The notes beneath the pieces are model-generated. The model saw only the letters and a list, made by a program, of their open reading frames with translations. It did not search any database and had not been told where the DNA came from. A stretch of 64,000 bases of DNA from an uncultured delta proteobacterium (lineage in GTDB: Bacteria > Myxococcota > Kuafuiibacteriia > Kuafuiibacteriales > Kuafuiibacteriaceae): assembly GCA_963803435.1 (NCBI GenBank), contig CAWDML010000009.1, forward strand, positions 576,001-640,000. Direction: 5' to 3'. The first letter of the stretch is position 1. Every line of letters begins with the position of its first letter. The translations under genes were made by a program, and so were the position numbers. This document shows, piece by piece, positions 11,074-19,099 of the stretch.

Positions 11074-11155
11074 GCCCCCTTGGCGGAAGCGGTAGACGCA
11101 GGCGACTTAAAATCGTCCGCCGGAAGGCATCCCGGTTCGAGTCCGGGAGGGGGCA
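11074..11155 (+). tRNA. tRNA-Leu (anticodon UAA)
   Basis: Acceptor GCCCCCT/AGGGGGC-A, GGTAGAC D-loop, GGCGA-CTTAAAA-TCGTC anticodon arm, long variable arm, GGTTCGAGTCC. Confidence 0.95.
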
Positions 11156-11248
11156 ATCTCGCGGGATCGGGCCTGGAACGTCGGCGGGTCACCGGCCGGC
11201 AGGTCGGGGTTGACCTGACCTTTCCCGAAGCCGAGTCTCTCGGCCTGT

Positions 11249-11719
11249 TTGGGCGCCGATCTGGTCACTCTCATCTTCGCCGTCGCGGGTGGGCTGCTCC
11301 TCTTGAGCGAGCTGTTCGCCCCCGGCCTCGTCGCGCTCTTCCTGGGCGTGGCAGCGCTGGCGGTGGCGGGGATGCGCTGGGTGGGCGTCATCGACAGCGT
11401 GGTGGTCTCGGTGTTTGCGTGGATGGGGCTCTCGACCGGTCTCACCATCTCGCTCCGAAACATCGTGCGGAAGCGGCTCCCGAGCGTCGCGTGGAAACGG
11501 CTCACGGACGAGAACGTCCAGGCCGTGGGGCGGGTGGTCGAGGTGCTCGAAGAGGTCACCGAGGAGGACGGGTCGGGGCGCATTCGATATCAGGGGACGA
11601 CGTGGCCGGCGACCAGCGTTCACGGCGTCATTCCCAAGGGCGGCCGCGCCCAGCTCGTGGTGCGGCAGAATCTATCGTGGCTGGTGGAGCCCGTAACCGA
11701 GCTTCCCGAGGGGGACTGA
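11249..11719 (+). CDS. NfeD-family membrane protein (short form, C-terminal OB fold)
   Basis: LLLSELFAPG, hydrophobic N-half, GRIRYQGTTWPA; upstream of SPFH genes; start uncertain. Confidence 0.85.
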   Translation: MGADLVTLIFAVAGGLLLLSELFAPGLVALFLGVAALAVAGMRWVGVIDSVVVSVFAWMGLSTGLTISLRNIVRKRLPSVAWKRLTDENVQAVGRVVEVLEEVTEEDGSGRIRYQGTTWPATSVHGVIPKGGRAQLVVRQNLSWLVEPVTELPEGD

Positions 11720-11720
11720 C

Positions 11721-12647
11721 ATGGATTGGGTGTTCTTAGCTTTCACGATCGGTTTTCTCGTCGTGATCTTCTTCGTGACGAGGACCTTCATCGTCGTGCC
11801 GATGCGCGAGACCGTGGTGAAGGAGCGGCTCGGCAAGTTCGCCGGACAGCTCACGCCCGGCTTCCACTTCATGATCCCTTTCGTGGATCGGGCCGCGTAT
11901 CGCCAGGAGATGCGGGAGCAGGTCATCGACATCCCGCCGCAGACCTGCATCACCCGCGACAACATCCAGGTGGAGGTCGACGGCGTCGTCTATCTCAAGG
12001 TGGTCGACGCCGGGAAGGCCAGCTACGGCATCGGCAACTACCGGATCGCCAGCATCAACCTGGCGCAGACCACGATGCGCTCCGAGATCGGCAAGCTCAC
12101 CCTCGACGAGACCTTCTCCGAGCGCGAGCAGATCAACGATAACATCGTCCGCGAGATCGACAAGGCGAGCGATCCGTGGGGCATCAAGATGATCCGCTAC
12201 GAGATCCGCAACATCACGCCGTCGCCGCAGGTCATCCAGACGATGGAGAAGCAAATGGAGGCGGAGCGGAACAAGCGCGCCGCGATCACCGTGTCGACCG
12301 GGCAGCGCGAGGCGAAGATCCTGGTCTCCGAGGCCGAGCGCACCGAGGCGGTCAATCTCTCCGAGGGTGAGAAGCAGAAGCGCATCAACGAGGCCCAGGG
12401 CCGCGCCTCCGAGATCCGGCTGCTCGCGAACGCGCAGGCGGAGAGCGTCCGGTTGATCGCCGGCGCGATCCAGAAGCCGGGCGGCGACCTGGCGGTGAAG
12501 AGCCAGCTGATGGAGCAGTACCTGACCGAGCTGGGCCGGATCCTGTCGGTCTCGCGGGTGTCCGTGCTGCCGACGCAGGTCGCGAGCCTGCGCGGGCTCA
12601 TGGACGGGATCGCCCGCGTCGCGGACGGAATGGGAGGCAAGCGATGA
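11721..12647 (+). CDS. SPFH/stomatin (paraslipin-like) protein
   Basis: ERLGKF, PGFHFMIPFVD, QTCITRDN, LAQTTMRSEIG, WGIKMIRYEI, QMEAER. Confidence 0.93.
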   Translation: MDWVFLAFTIGFLVVIFFVTRTFIVVPMRETVVKERLGKFAGQLTPGFHFMIPFVDRAAYRQEMREQVIDIPPQTCITRDNIQVEVDGVVYLKVVDAGKASYGIGNYRIASINLAQTTMRSEIGKLTLDETFSEREQINDNIVREIDKASDPWGIKMIRYEIRNITPSPQVIQTMEKQMEAERNKRAAITVSTGQREAKILVSEAERTEAVNLSEGEKQKRINEAQGRASEIRLLANAQAESVRLIAGAIQKPGGDLAVKSQLMEQYLTELGRILSVSRVSVLPTQVASLRGLMDGIARVADGMGGKR

Positions 12648-13621
12648 CGACGATGATCGCCAGCGGAATCTGGGTCCTGATGTTCCTCTATACGGCCGTC
12701 AAGTTCATGCAGTGCCTCCGGATGGTACCGACGCAGCAGGCCTACATCGTCGAGCGGCTCGGCAAGTATCACCAGACGCTGGGCCCGGGCTTTCACATTC
12801 TGACGCCGTTCCTCGACAAGATCGCGTACATCCGCGACCTCAAGGAGGAGGCGATCGACGTCCCGCCGCAGGACTGCTTCACGAAGGACAACGTGAAGGT
12901 GGAGGTCGACGGCATCCTCTACATCAGCGTGGTCAACCCGGAGAACGCCAGCTACGGCGTCACGCACTACAAGTTCGCGGCGATCCAGCTGGCGCAGACC
13001 ACCACGCGCTCGATCATCGGCACGCTCGAGCTCGACCGCACCTTCGAGGAGCGCGACGTCGTCAACGCCCGCGTGGTCGGTGTGCTCAACGAGGTCAGCG
13101 CCGAGTGGGGCATCCGCGTGCACCGCTACGAGGTGAAGAACATCGTCCCGCCGCTCACGGTCCGGGAGGCGATGGAGCGGCAGATGGGCGCCGAGCGCGA
13201 TCGACGCGCGACGATGGCCCGCGCCGAGGGCGAGGCGCAGACGCGGATCAACGAGTCCGAGGGCCGGATGCGCGAGATGATCAATCGCTCCGAGGGCGAG
13301 ATGCAGCGGCGCGTGAACGAGGCCGAGGGCAAGGCTCAGGAGGTCCTGGCGCTGGCGCGTGCGACGGCCGAGTCGATCGAGAAGGTAGGCCTGGCGCTGT
13401 CTCAGCCCGGCGGCATCAAGGCGACCAACCTGCGGCTCGCGCAGCAGTACGTGTCCAAGCTGGGCAGCTTGGCGCAGCCGCAGACCACGGTGATGTTGCC
13501 GTCGGATCTGAGCGGCGTCGACGCGCTCCTCGGCGCCGTCACCCTGGGGGAGCCCGACGGGCGTCCGGTCCGGTCGCGGCTCGGCGACACCGTGCCCGCG
13601 GCGCCTGCGCGCGGAGACTGA
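12644..13621 (+). CDS. SPFH/stomatin (paraslipin-like) protein, paralog
   Basis: ERLGKY, QDCFTKDN, LAQTTTRSIIG, WGIRVHRYEV, QMGAER; ATGA overlap. Confidence 0.93.
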   Translation: MTTMIASGIWVLMFLYTAVKFMQCLRMVPTQQAYIVERLGKYHQTLGPGFHILTPFLDKIAYIRDLKEEAIDVPPQDCFTKDNVKVEVDGILYISVVNPENASYGVTHYKFAAIQLAQTTTRSIIGTLELDRTFEERDVVNARVVGVLNEVSAEWGIRVHRYEVKNIVPPLTVREAMERQMGAERDRRATMARAEGEAQTRINESEGRMREMINRSEGEMQRRVNEAEGKAQEVLALARATAESIEKVGLALSQPGGIKATNLRLAQQYVSKLGSLAQPQTTVMLPSDLSGVDALLGAVTLGEPDGRPVRSRLGDTVPAAPARGD

Positions 13622-13636
13622 CGCCGATCGCACGCC

Positions 13637-14038
13637 GTGCGCGCCCGTGTCACACTCCGCGACAGGGCGCGGCCTCGGGTGACGGCGCCTGTGTCACGAT
13701 CCGAACGCTTCGTGCATGATGCGAGGCGCGTGAACGCCTGGGACGAGAGCCTCAACCGCCTGAACGACGATGCCTATCTTTGGTGGCCGATCGACTTCAT
13801 TCGGCCGAAGAAGCACGCGCCGATGACCGCGCGCGTGGTGCTCGTGATCGCCGTCCTCTACGGCGTGCTCGGCGGCATGATCGCCAACATCGTGTTTGCG
13901 CTGGCCGGGAGCGGTCTGGCCCGCCAGCCGTACATCCTTCCGCTCGCCGTGCCGGCGGCGTGGTTCGTGGTGCATCGACTGACCCTGGCGCGCGCCTGGA
14001 ACCGCCGTGCGGCCCGGCTCGCCGCCCACCGCTCCTGA
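13637..14038 (+). CDS. Hypothetical two-TM membrane protein (true start probably further downstream)
   Basis: WWPIDFIRP then two hydrophobic segments and WNRRA; GC3-rich codons. Confidence 0.55.
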   Translation: MRARVTLRDRARPRVTAPVSRSERFVHDARRVNAWDESLNRLNDDAYLWWPIDFIRPKKHAPMTARVVLVIAVLYGVLGGMIANIVFALAGSGLARQPYILPLAVPAAWFVVHRLTLARAWNRRAARLAAHRS

Positions 14039-14117
14039 CTCCGTGCTGGCGCAGCCCCGCGTCGACAGCTCGCAGCTCGCAGCCGTCCGGCTCGGATCGA
14101 ACGCCCACGCGGAGCGC

Positions 14118-14189
14118 TCAACGCTCCTGCTCGACCTTCGTGCGGAATCTGTAGAGCATCCGGCTGATCTCGTCGATCTCGGCGATCAA
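14118..14189 (-). pseudogene. Possible 3' remnant of a four-helix-bundle protein gene
   Basis: Reads LIAEIDEISRMLYRFRTKVEQER*; a 7-bp tandem repeat lies just downstream. Confidence 0.35.
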
Positions 14190-14280
14190 GCGCCCATTTG
14201 GTCACGCCTCTCTTGGCGCAGGTCTCCTCGCGTCGCGAATCAGATGCCCAGGAGGGGCACAAACCGCTAAGCTCCGGCCG

Positions 14281-14613
14281 ATGTTCGAGCGCGACTTCCT
14301 CATGCGCGAGGTCAAGCAGATCGTCGAGCTGATCGCGAAGATCGCGCGGCTCAAGAGCGAGTCGAAGCTGGAGGCCGCGCTCGGTGAGATCAACGCGGCC
14401 TACGATCGGCTCGGGATCAAGAAGAGCATGCTCGACTATCTCGACGCGGGATCGCTCGCTCGAATGATCGGCTCTCCGGAGGCGCTGGCGGCGGTGGGAG
14501 CGTTGATGGCGGAGGAGGCGGCGATCCTGGAGGCGGAGGGCGATCCGCGGGCCGAGGCCAAGCGACAGCGGGCGGAGGTGTTGATCGCCGCCGGGACCGT
14601 CGATCAGGGCTGA
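14281..14613 (+). CDS. Small helical protein, DUF6483-like
   Basis: MFERDFLMREVKQIVELIAKI N-terminus. Confidence 0.7.
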   Translation: MFERDFLMREVKQIVELIAKIARLKSESKLEAALGEINAAYDRLGIKKSMLDYLDAGSLARMIGSPEALAAVGALMAEEAAILEAEGDPRAEAKRQRAEVLIAAGTVDQG

Positions 14614-14936
14614 CGTTCGCGATCGAACACGCAGGCCGCGTGACCGAGCACGGAGGGTCCGTCCCGGAGCGCCGTCGGCGTGGGCCGCCATCCTCGCGAG
14701 AGCCGCGCCTCGAGGAGCTCGTCCGCCGTCGGCGGGTGATCCCACACGGCGACCGCCGTGACCGCGCCGAGTCAGGTGGTGTCGAAGACCAGGTGGGTCT
14801 CGCCCTCGTGGCGCACCACGACGTCGTGCGTGTACTCGTCCTGAACCACCACGTCGACGATGGGCTTCGGCGGGGTCGCGGCGCCGGCCCACCGGATGAC
14901 GGCCTCCAGGGTTCGAAGCGGCGGCAGCTCGGGCAT
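14604..14936 (-). CDS. Candidate selenoprotein, 110 aa, UGA at codon 55 (…HLVFDTT-U-LGAVTAV…)
   Basis: ATG 14936; in-frame TGA 14772-14774; frame open with GC3-rich codons to TGA 14604-14606; SECIS-like hairpin 11 nt downstream. Confidence 0.7.
14745..14760 (-). promoter_or_regulatory. Bacterial SECIS-like stem-loop
   Basis: UGA-CUCGGCGCGGU-CACGGC-GGUC-GCCGUG: perfect 6-bp stem, GGUC loop, 11-nt spacer as in E. coli fdhF. Confidence 0.65.
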
Positions 14937-14982
14937 CCTTCCACCAACCCGCGCCTGGGCGCGGGCGATTCCGCTCGCCGTC

Positions 14983-15010
14983 GAAAAGACCGGAGGCCGG
15001 ACTCAGTACG
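14983..15010 (+). promoter_or_regulatory. 28-bp element, left copy (putative ECF promoter or cassette end)
   Basis: GAAAAGACCGGAGGCCGGACTCAGTACG, 25/28 identical to the inverted copy at 21544-21571. Confidence 0.6.
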
Positions 15011-15051
15011 CTCATGGGGTGCACCGGAGCGATCGTGTATGTTCGGGCGTG

Positions 15052-15789
15052 GTGAGCGACGCCGATCACGATCTCCGGCTAGAGGAGGCCATGAGGCGTG
15101 AACCTCGAACGGTCGGGGCGCACATCGACGACGGCGTTCTGCTTCGATACCGGGCCCAGCAGCTCGACGCGGAGACGGAGCGCGGGATCGACGAGCATCT
15201 CGCCACCTGTAGTGAGTGTCGGGCCCTGTTGCTGGCCCTCGCGGAGCCGGTCGCGGAGAAGCAGCGCAGCTGGGCCCAGGCCGAGCTGAGCGCGGCCCGC
15301 CGCGGCCGGTGGATCGGGCTGGCCGCGGGCCTCGCCGCGGTGGCGGCGGTGCTCCTGTTCGTCCTCCTCCGCCCGCCGCCCCGCGACTTCGCCGAGTACC
15401 GGCTCGACGGCCTCCACGGCCTGGTCAAGGTCGAGCGCGCCGCCTCCGCGCCCCAGACCGATCGCGTCACCCCCGACAGCCACATCAACCTCCGCCTCCT
15501 CCCGCCCGAGCCGAAGGACGAGGTCCTGGCCGCCGGCGTGTTCGCCGTGGCCGGCGGCAAGCTCACCCGCGTCCCTGCCCAGATCCGCCAGCGCCGCGGT
15601 GTCTTCGCCGTCGAGGTCGGTGGACGTGACCTCTTCGGGACCACGTACGGCCCGCGCCGGATGGTCGTGGTGCTCGCCGGTGACGAGGCTGCGCTCGCAG
15701 CCCTCGACGGCGCCTCCGCTACTTCCTCGGGTCCCGGCCTCCGCGCCTGGAGCTTCGATCTGACCTACGAAGCCGGAGGGCTCGAGTGA
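15052..15789 (+). CDS. Zinc-binding (zf-HC2/ZAS) anti-sigma factor with one TM and extracytoplasmic domain
   Basis: HID...EHLATCSEC (HxxxCxxC); TM WIGLAAGLAAVAAVLLFVLL; GTGA overlap with sigma gene; start may be 15091. Confidence 0.85.
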   Translation: MSDADHDLRLEEAMRREPRTVGAHIDDGVLLRYRAQQLDAETERGIDEHLATCSECRALLLALAEPVAEKQRSWAQAELSAARRGRWIGLAAGLAAVAAVLLFVLLRPPPRDFAEYRLDGLHGLVKVERAASAPQTDRVTPDSHINLRLLPPEPKDEVLAAGVFAVAGGKLTRVPAQIRQRRGVFAVEVGGRDLFGTTYGPRRMVVVLAGDEAALAALDGASATSSGPGLRAWSFDLTYEAGGLE

Positions 15790-16401
15790 GCGAGGACGGC
15801 GCCCTCGAGCTGATCCAAAAGGCGCGCGCCGGCCAATCCCAGGCGGCCCGCGTCCTGGTGGAGCGCCTCATGCCGGTGGTGCAGGCTCGCGTGCAGCGCC
15901 GCCTCGCCCGCACGGGCGGCCGCATCGGCGCCTACGATCGCGACGACCTGGTCCAGGAGATCTCGGGTCGCCCTGGTGAAGGACCAGCTCCGCGTCCTCG
16001 GGGCCTATGATCCCACCCGCGGCGCCAGCCTCGAGGGCTACGTCGGCATGATCGCCGAGCGCGAGCTCGGCAACATCCGCCAGAAGGAGCTCGACGCCCA
16101 GAAGCGCAAGACCAACACCCTCGCGATCGCCGTCGATCGGATCGATGAGGTCGCCCGCTCCACCGACTCCCCCGAGGAGAACCTCGAGGGCCGCCGCCTC
16201 TCCGAGCAGCTCGGCGTCTACCTCGAGGCGCAGCTCCCGCCCAAGGGGCGGATGATCTGCCGCTACGTGTACGGTGATCATGCGCCGATCGAGCGGATCT
16301 CGGAGATCCTCGGCGTCTCCCGGCAGGTGGTCTACAACTGGCAGCACCGGATCCGGAAGCTGGCGCAGGAGTTCTTCGAGCGGCAGCGCGCGGCGACGTG
16401 A
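15786..16401 (+). CDS. ECF-type sigma70 factor, one frameshift near 15963
   Basis: DDLVQEI|(W)VALVKD..YDPTRGASLEGYVGMIA; region-4 HTH ERISEILGVSRQVVYNWQHR; removing one C in ATCTCGGGTC restores ATC TGG GTC. Confidence 0.85.
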
Positions 16402-16449
16402 GATCGGGCTCGGGTGACGGAGGTCCGCCGCGGGTGCTAGACAGGCCGC

Positions 16450-19099
16450 GTGTCCAAGCCGTTCGCGCTGGCACTGCTCCTGGCGGTTGGATGCGACCGG
16501 TGTGACGGGACCGCGATCTCTCTCGAGGATGTCGAGCTCCTCGGCTATCGAGAGCTCGCTCGGCGCTCCGACGGCGTCCTCGTCTACGTGTTCGACGAGG
16601 CCTGGTCTCCGCGGCTCCGGATCGATGCACCGCCCAACCTCGAGCTGGCGCTGGTTCTTGCGACCGCGGACGAAGAGCGGCGGGTTGCCGAGTCCGGTCG
16701 AAAGCGCAGGGATGATCGCACGCTGATCTCTTACCGGCTCCCCACCGAGACGCCCGCGATGGGCGATCTGACGCTGGTCGCTCGAGATGCGCAGGGCCGT
16801 CCGCTCCAAAGCTGGCCGGCGCGCTGGGACGGCCGGCCCTCGCAGCGGCCCGAGGTCCGGGCGGTGGTCGAGCTTCGGGAGACCGACCGCGCTGCCGCGA
16901 TCGAAAGGGCGATGGCGTCGTCGGATCCGTGGGTCTGCAGCGAGGCGGTGGCGACGTACCGCTTCGGGAACCAGCTCGACGCCGCCATCACGGCGACGAT
17001 GCATTGCGCCGAGGTCGCCGGTGCCGCCGGGCTCGTCACAGAGCAAAGCCGTCATCTTCGGGCAGCCGCATACATGCTGCGCGAGCGACGCCGTTATCGG
17101 GAGTCGATCGCGCTCCTCGACCGAGCCGAGCGAGAGGATCGCGAGGTGGGCAACGCGCGCGGCCTGCTCTTGGCCGATTACTATCGCGGCACGATCGGGT
17201 GGGTCACCGGTGACTACCGGGCGGCGCGACTCAACCTGGCGCAGGCCATCGATCTGGGGTGGCGGCTCGGCTACGACGCCGACGCCGCCAACGCTCAGAG
17301 CGCGCTCGCGCTGTGGTACCTGGAGCACGGATTGGTCGACCGCGCGCTCGAGCAAGCCGAGCTGGCGGTGCGCGTTCTCTCGAGGCCCGAGTCTTCTCCC
17401 GTCTGGCACGCAGTGGCCGAGGAGGATCTGGCGTGGGTGCTTGCTTCGGCCGCGTGTGCCCGCGACGACGCGCGCTGTCTCGCGCGCGCCCGCTCGCTCC
17501 AGTCCCACGCGCGGGACGTCTTCGAGCGATCCCGAGAGGCAGGGCAGCTCGCCATTGCGCGCCTCAACCTCTCATACCTCTCGTTCCTCGAAGGGGACCT
17601 CGAGGCGGCCAAGTCGGAGCTCCTGGACCTCGACCCGGCCGCGCTCGGAGCGCAGGAGGTCTTCCGGCTGATCCTCTCCGCGGAGGTTGCGCTCGCGGAA
17701 GGATCGAAGGCCGAGGCGGTCGAGAAGGCCCGCGCGGCCGTCGACGCTGCCCGCGCGGCCAGAGAGGTCGACTATCGGTGGCGCGCCGTCCAGTCCCTCG
17801 GCCGGGCCCTCGAGGCGTCGGGTGAGCGCGACCAGGCGATCGAGCAGTACCTCCACGGGGTCGACCTCGTCGAGGAGAGCGTCCGCAACAGTCCGATTCG
17901 AGAGGGACGGGCGGCCTTCGTTCACGAGCGCCGTGGCCTCTATCAGGATGCGGTCGCGTTGCTGCTCGAAGGCGGTCGCGTCGCGGAGGCCTTCGCGATC
18001 GCTGATCGGTCGCAGAGTCGGGTCCTCCGCGATCTCGAGCTCGATCTTCGCGCCTCGCGGCTCGATGAAGAGCAGCGAGCTCGATTCCTTGAGCTCCTGG
18101 AGGTCGGCCGGAGAGGACGGGACGAGCTCGCGCGCGCCGCCGCGCAGCAGAGCGTCCTCGTGGGCACCGAGCTCGCGAAGGCCCGGGCTCGCCAGGCCCA
18201 GCTGGCGAGAGAGCAGGCTTCGACCTTCGAGTCGATGGTCGAGCTGCTCGACCAGCACGCCACCCCAGCGGTCTCGACGGCCCCGGCACCACGCCTCGAG
18301 GACCATGAGGCGCTCATCGAGGTCTTCGAGGGTCGAGATGCATCCGCTCTTCTTTCTACGTGACCGCCTGCGAACGCAGGTGTTCGACCAGGAGCCGGAC
18401 CTCCTGAAGACGCTGAGCGCTCGCGATGACGTCGCCCACCTCTACGTGGTGGACGGATCGGATCAGCCGCGACTTGCGGCGACGACCCTCGTCGCCGGGC
18501 AGCCCCTCTTCGCCCGGTTCACCATGAGCTATCTGCCGGCGGCGTCGTTCCTGGCGGAGCTCCCCGATCCGCACGTCGGCCCGCCGTTGGTGGTCGTCGA
18601 TCCAGGCTCCGATCTGCCAGCGACTCGAGCCGAAGGGCTCGCCGCCGGCTCGCGTCTCTCCCAGCCCGAGGTCCTGGTGGGTGCGAAGGCTGATCGACGT
18701 TCGGTTCTGAACGCGATGCAGAGGGATCGGTCGCTCTTTCACTTTGCAGGTCACGGCGTGCTCGTCGGTGCGGATCCCTGGGCGGCGCACCTGTCGCTGG
18801 CGGGTGGCGACGAGCTGACCGTGGAGGACATTCTGCTCGCCCGAGGCCATTCGCGGGTTGTGGTGTTGAACGCCTGCGAGGGGGGGCGGGCGGTGGGGCC
18901 CGAGCGGATGAGCGTCGCCCACGCCTTCCTGCTTGCGGGGGCCCGCACGGTGATCGCGGCGAGTCGGACGGTGGACGATCGCGGTGCTCAGCGGATCATG
19001 ACCGAGCTGTACCGGGCCGGGCTGGCCGAGGATCCGATCAAGGCCGTTCAGCGGGTGCCGGCGAGCTGGGAGATGCTGCGGGTCTACGGGCGGCCGTGA
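16450..19099 (+). CDS. TPR + CHAT (caspase-like) protease lipoprotein, one frameshift near 18335
   Basis: Lipobox LLLAVG-C; TPR-like helices; HFAGHG and VVLNACEG catalytic motifs; AFLLAGARTVIA..VDD. Confidence 0.88.

Noticed and set aside
14417-14947. Track ORFs 14417..14947 (-) and 14640..15101 (+) as the gene in this gap
   Set aside because: Arg/Pro/Ser-rich off-frame translations; the UGA-containing frame has much better codon bias
15052-19099. Type III-E CRISPR (Craspase) locus
   Set aside because: CHAT and sigma are present, but there is no Cas7-11, no array, and the CHAT has a lipoprotein signal
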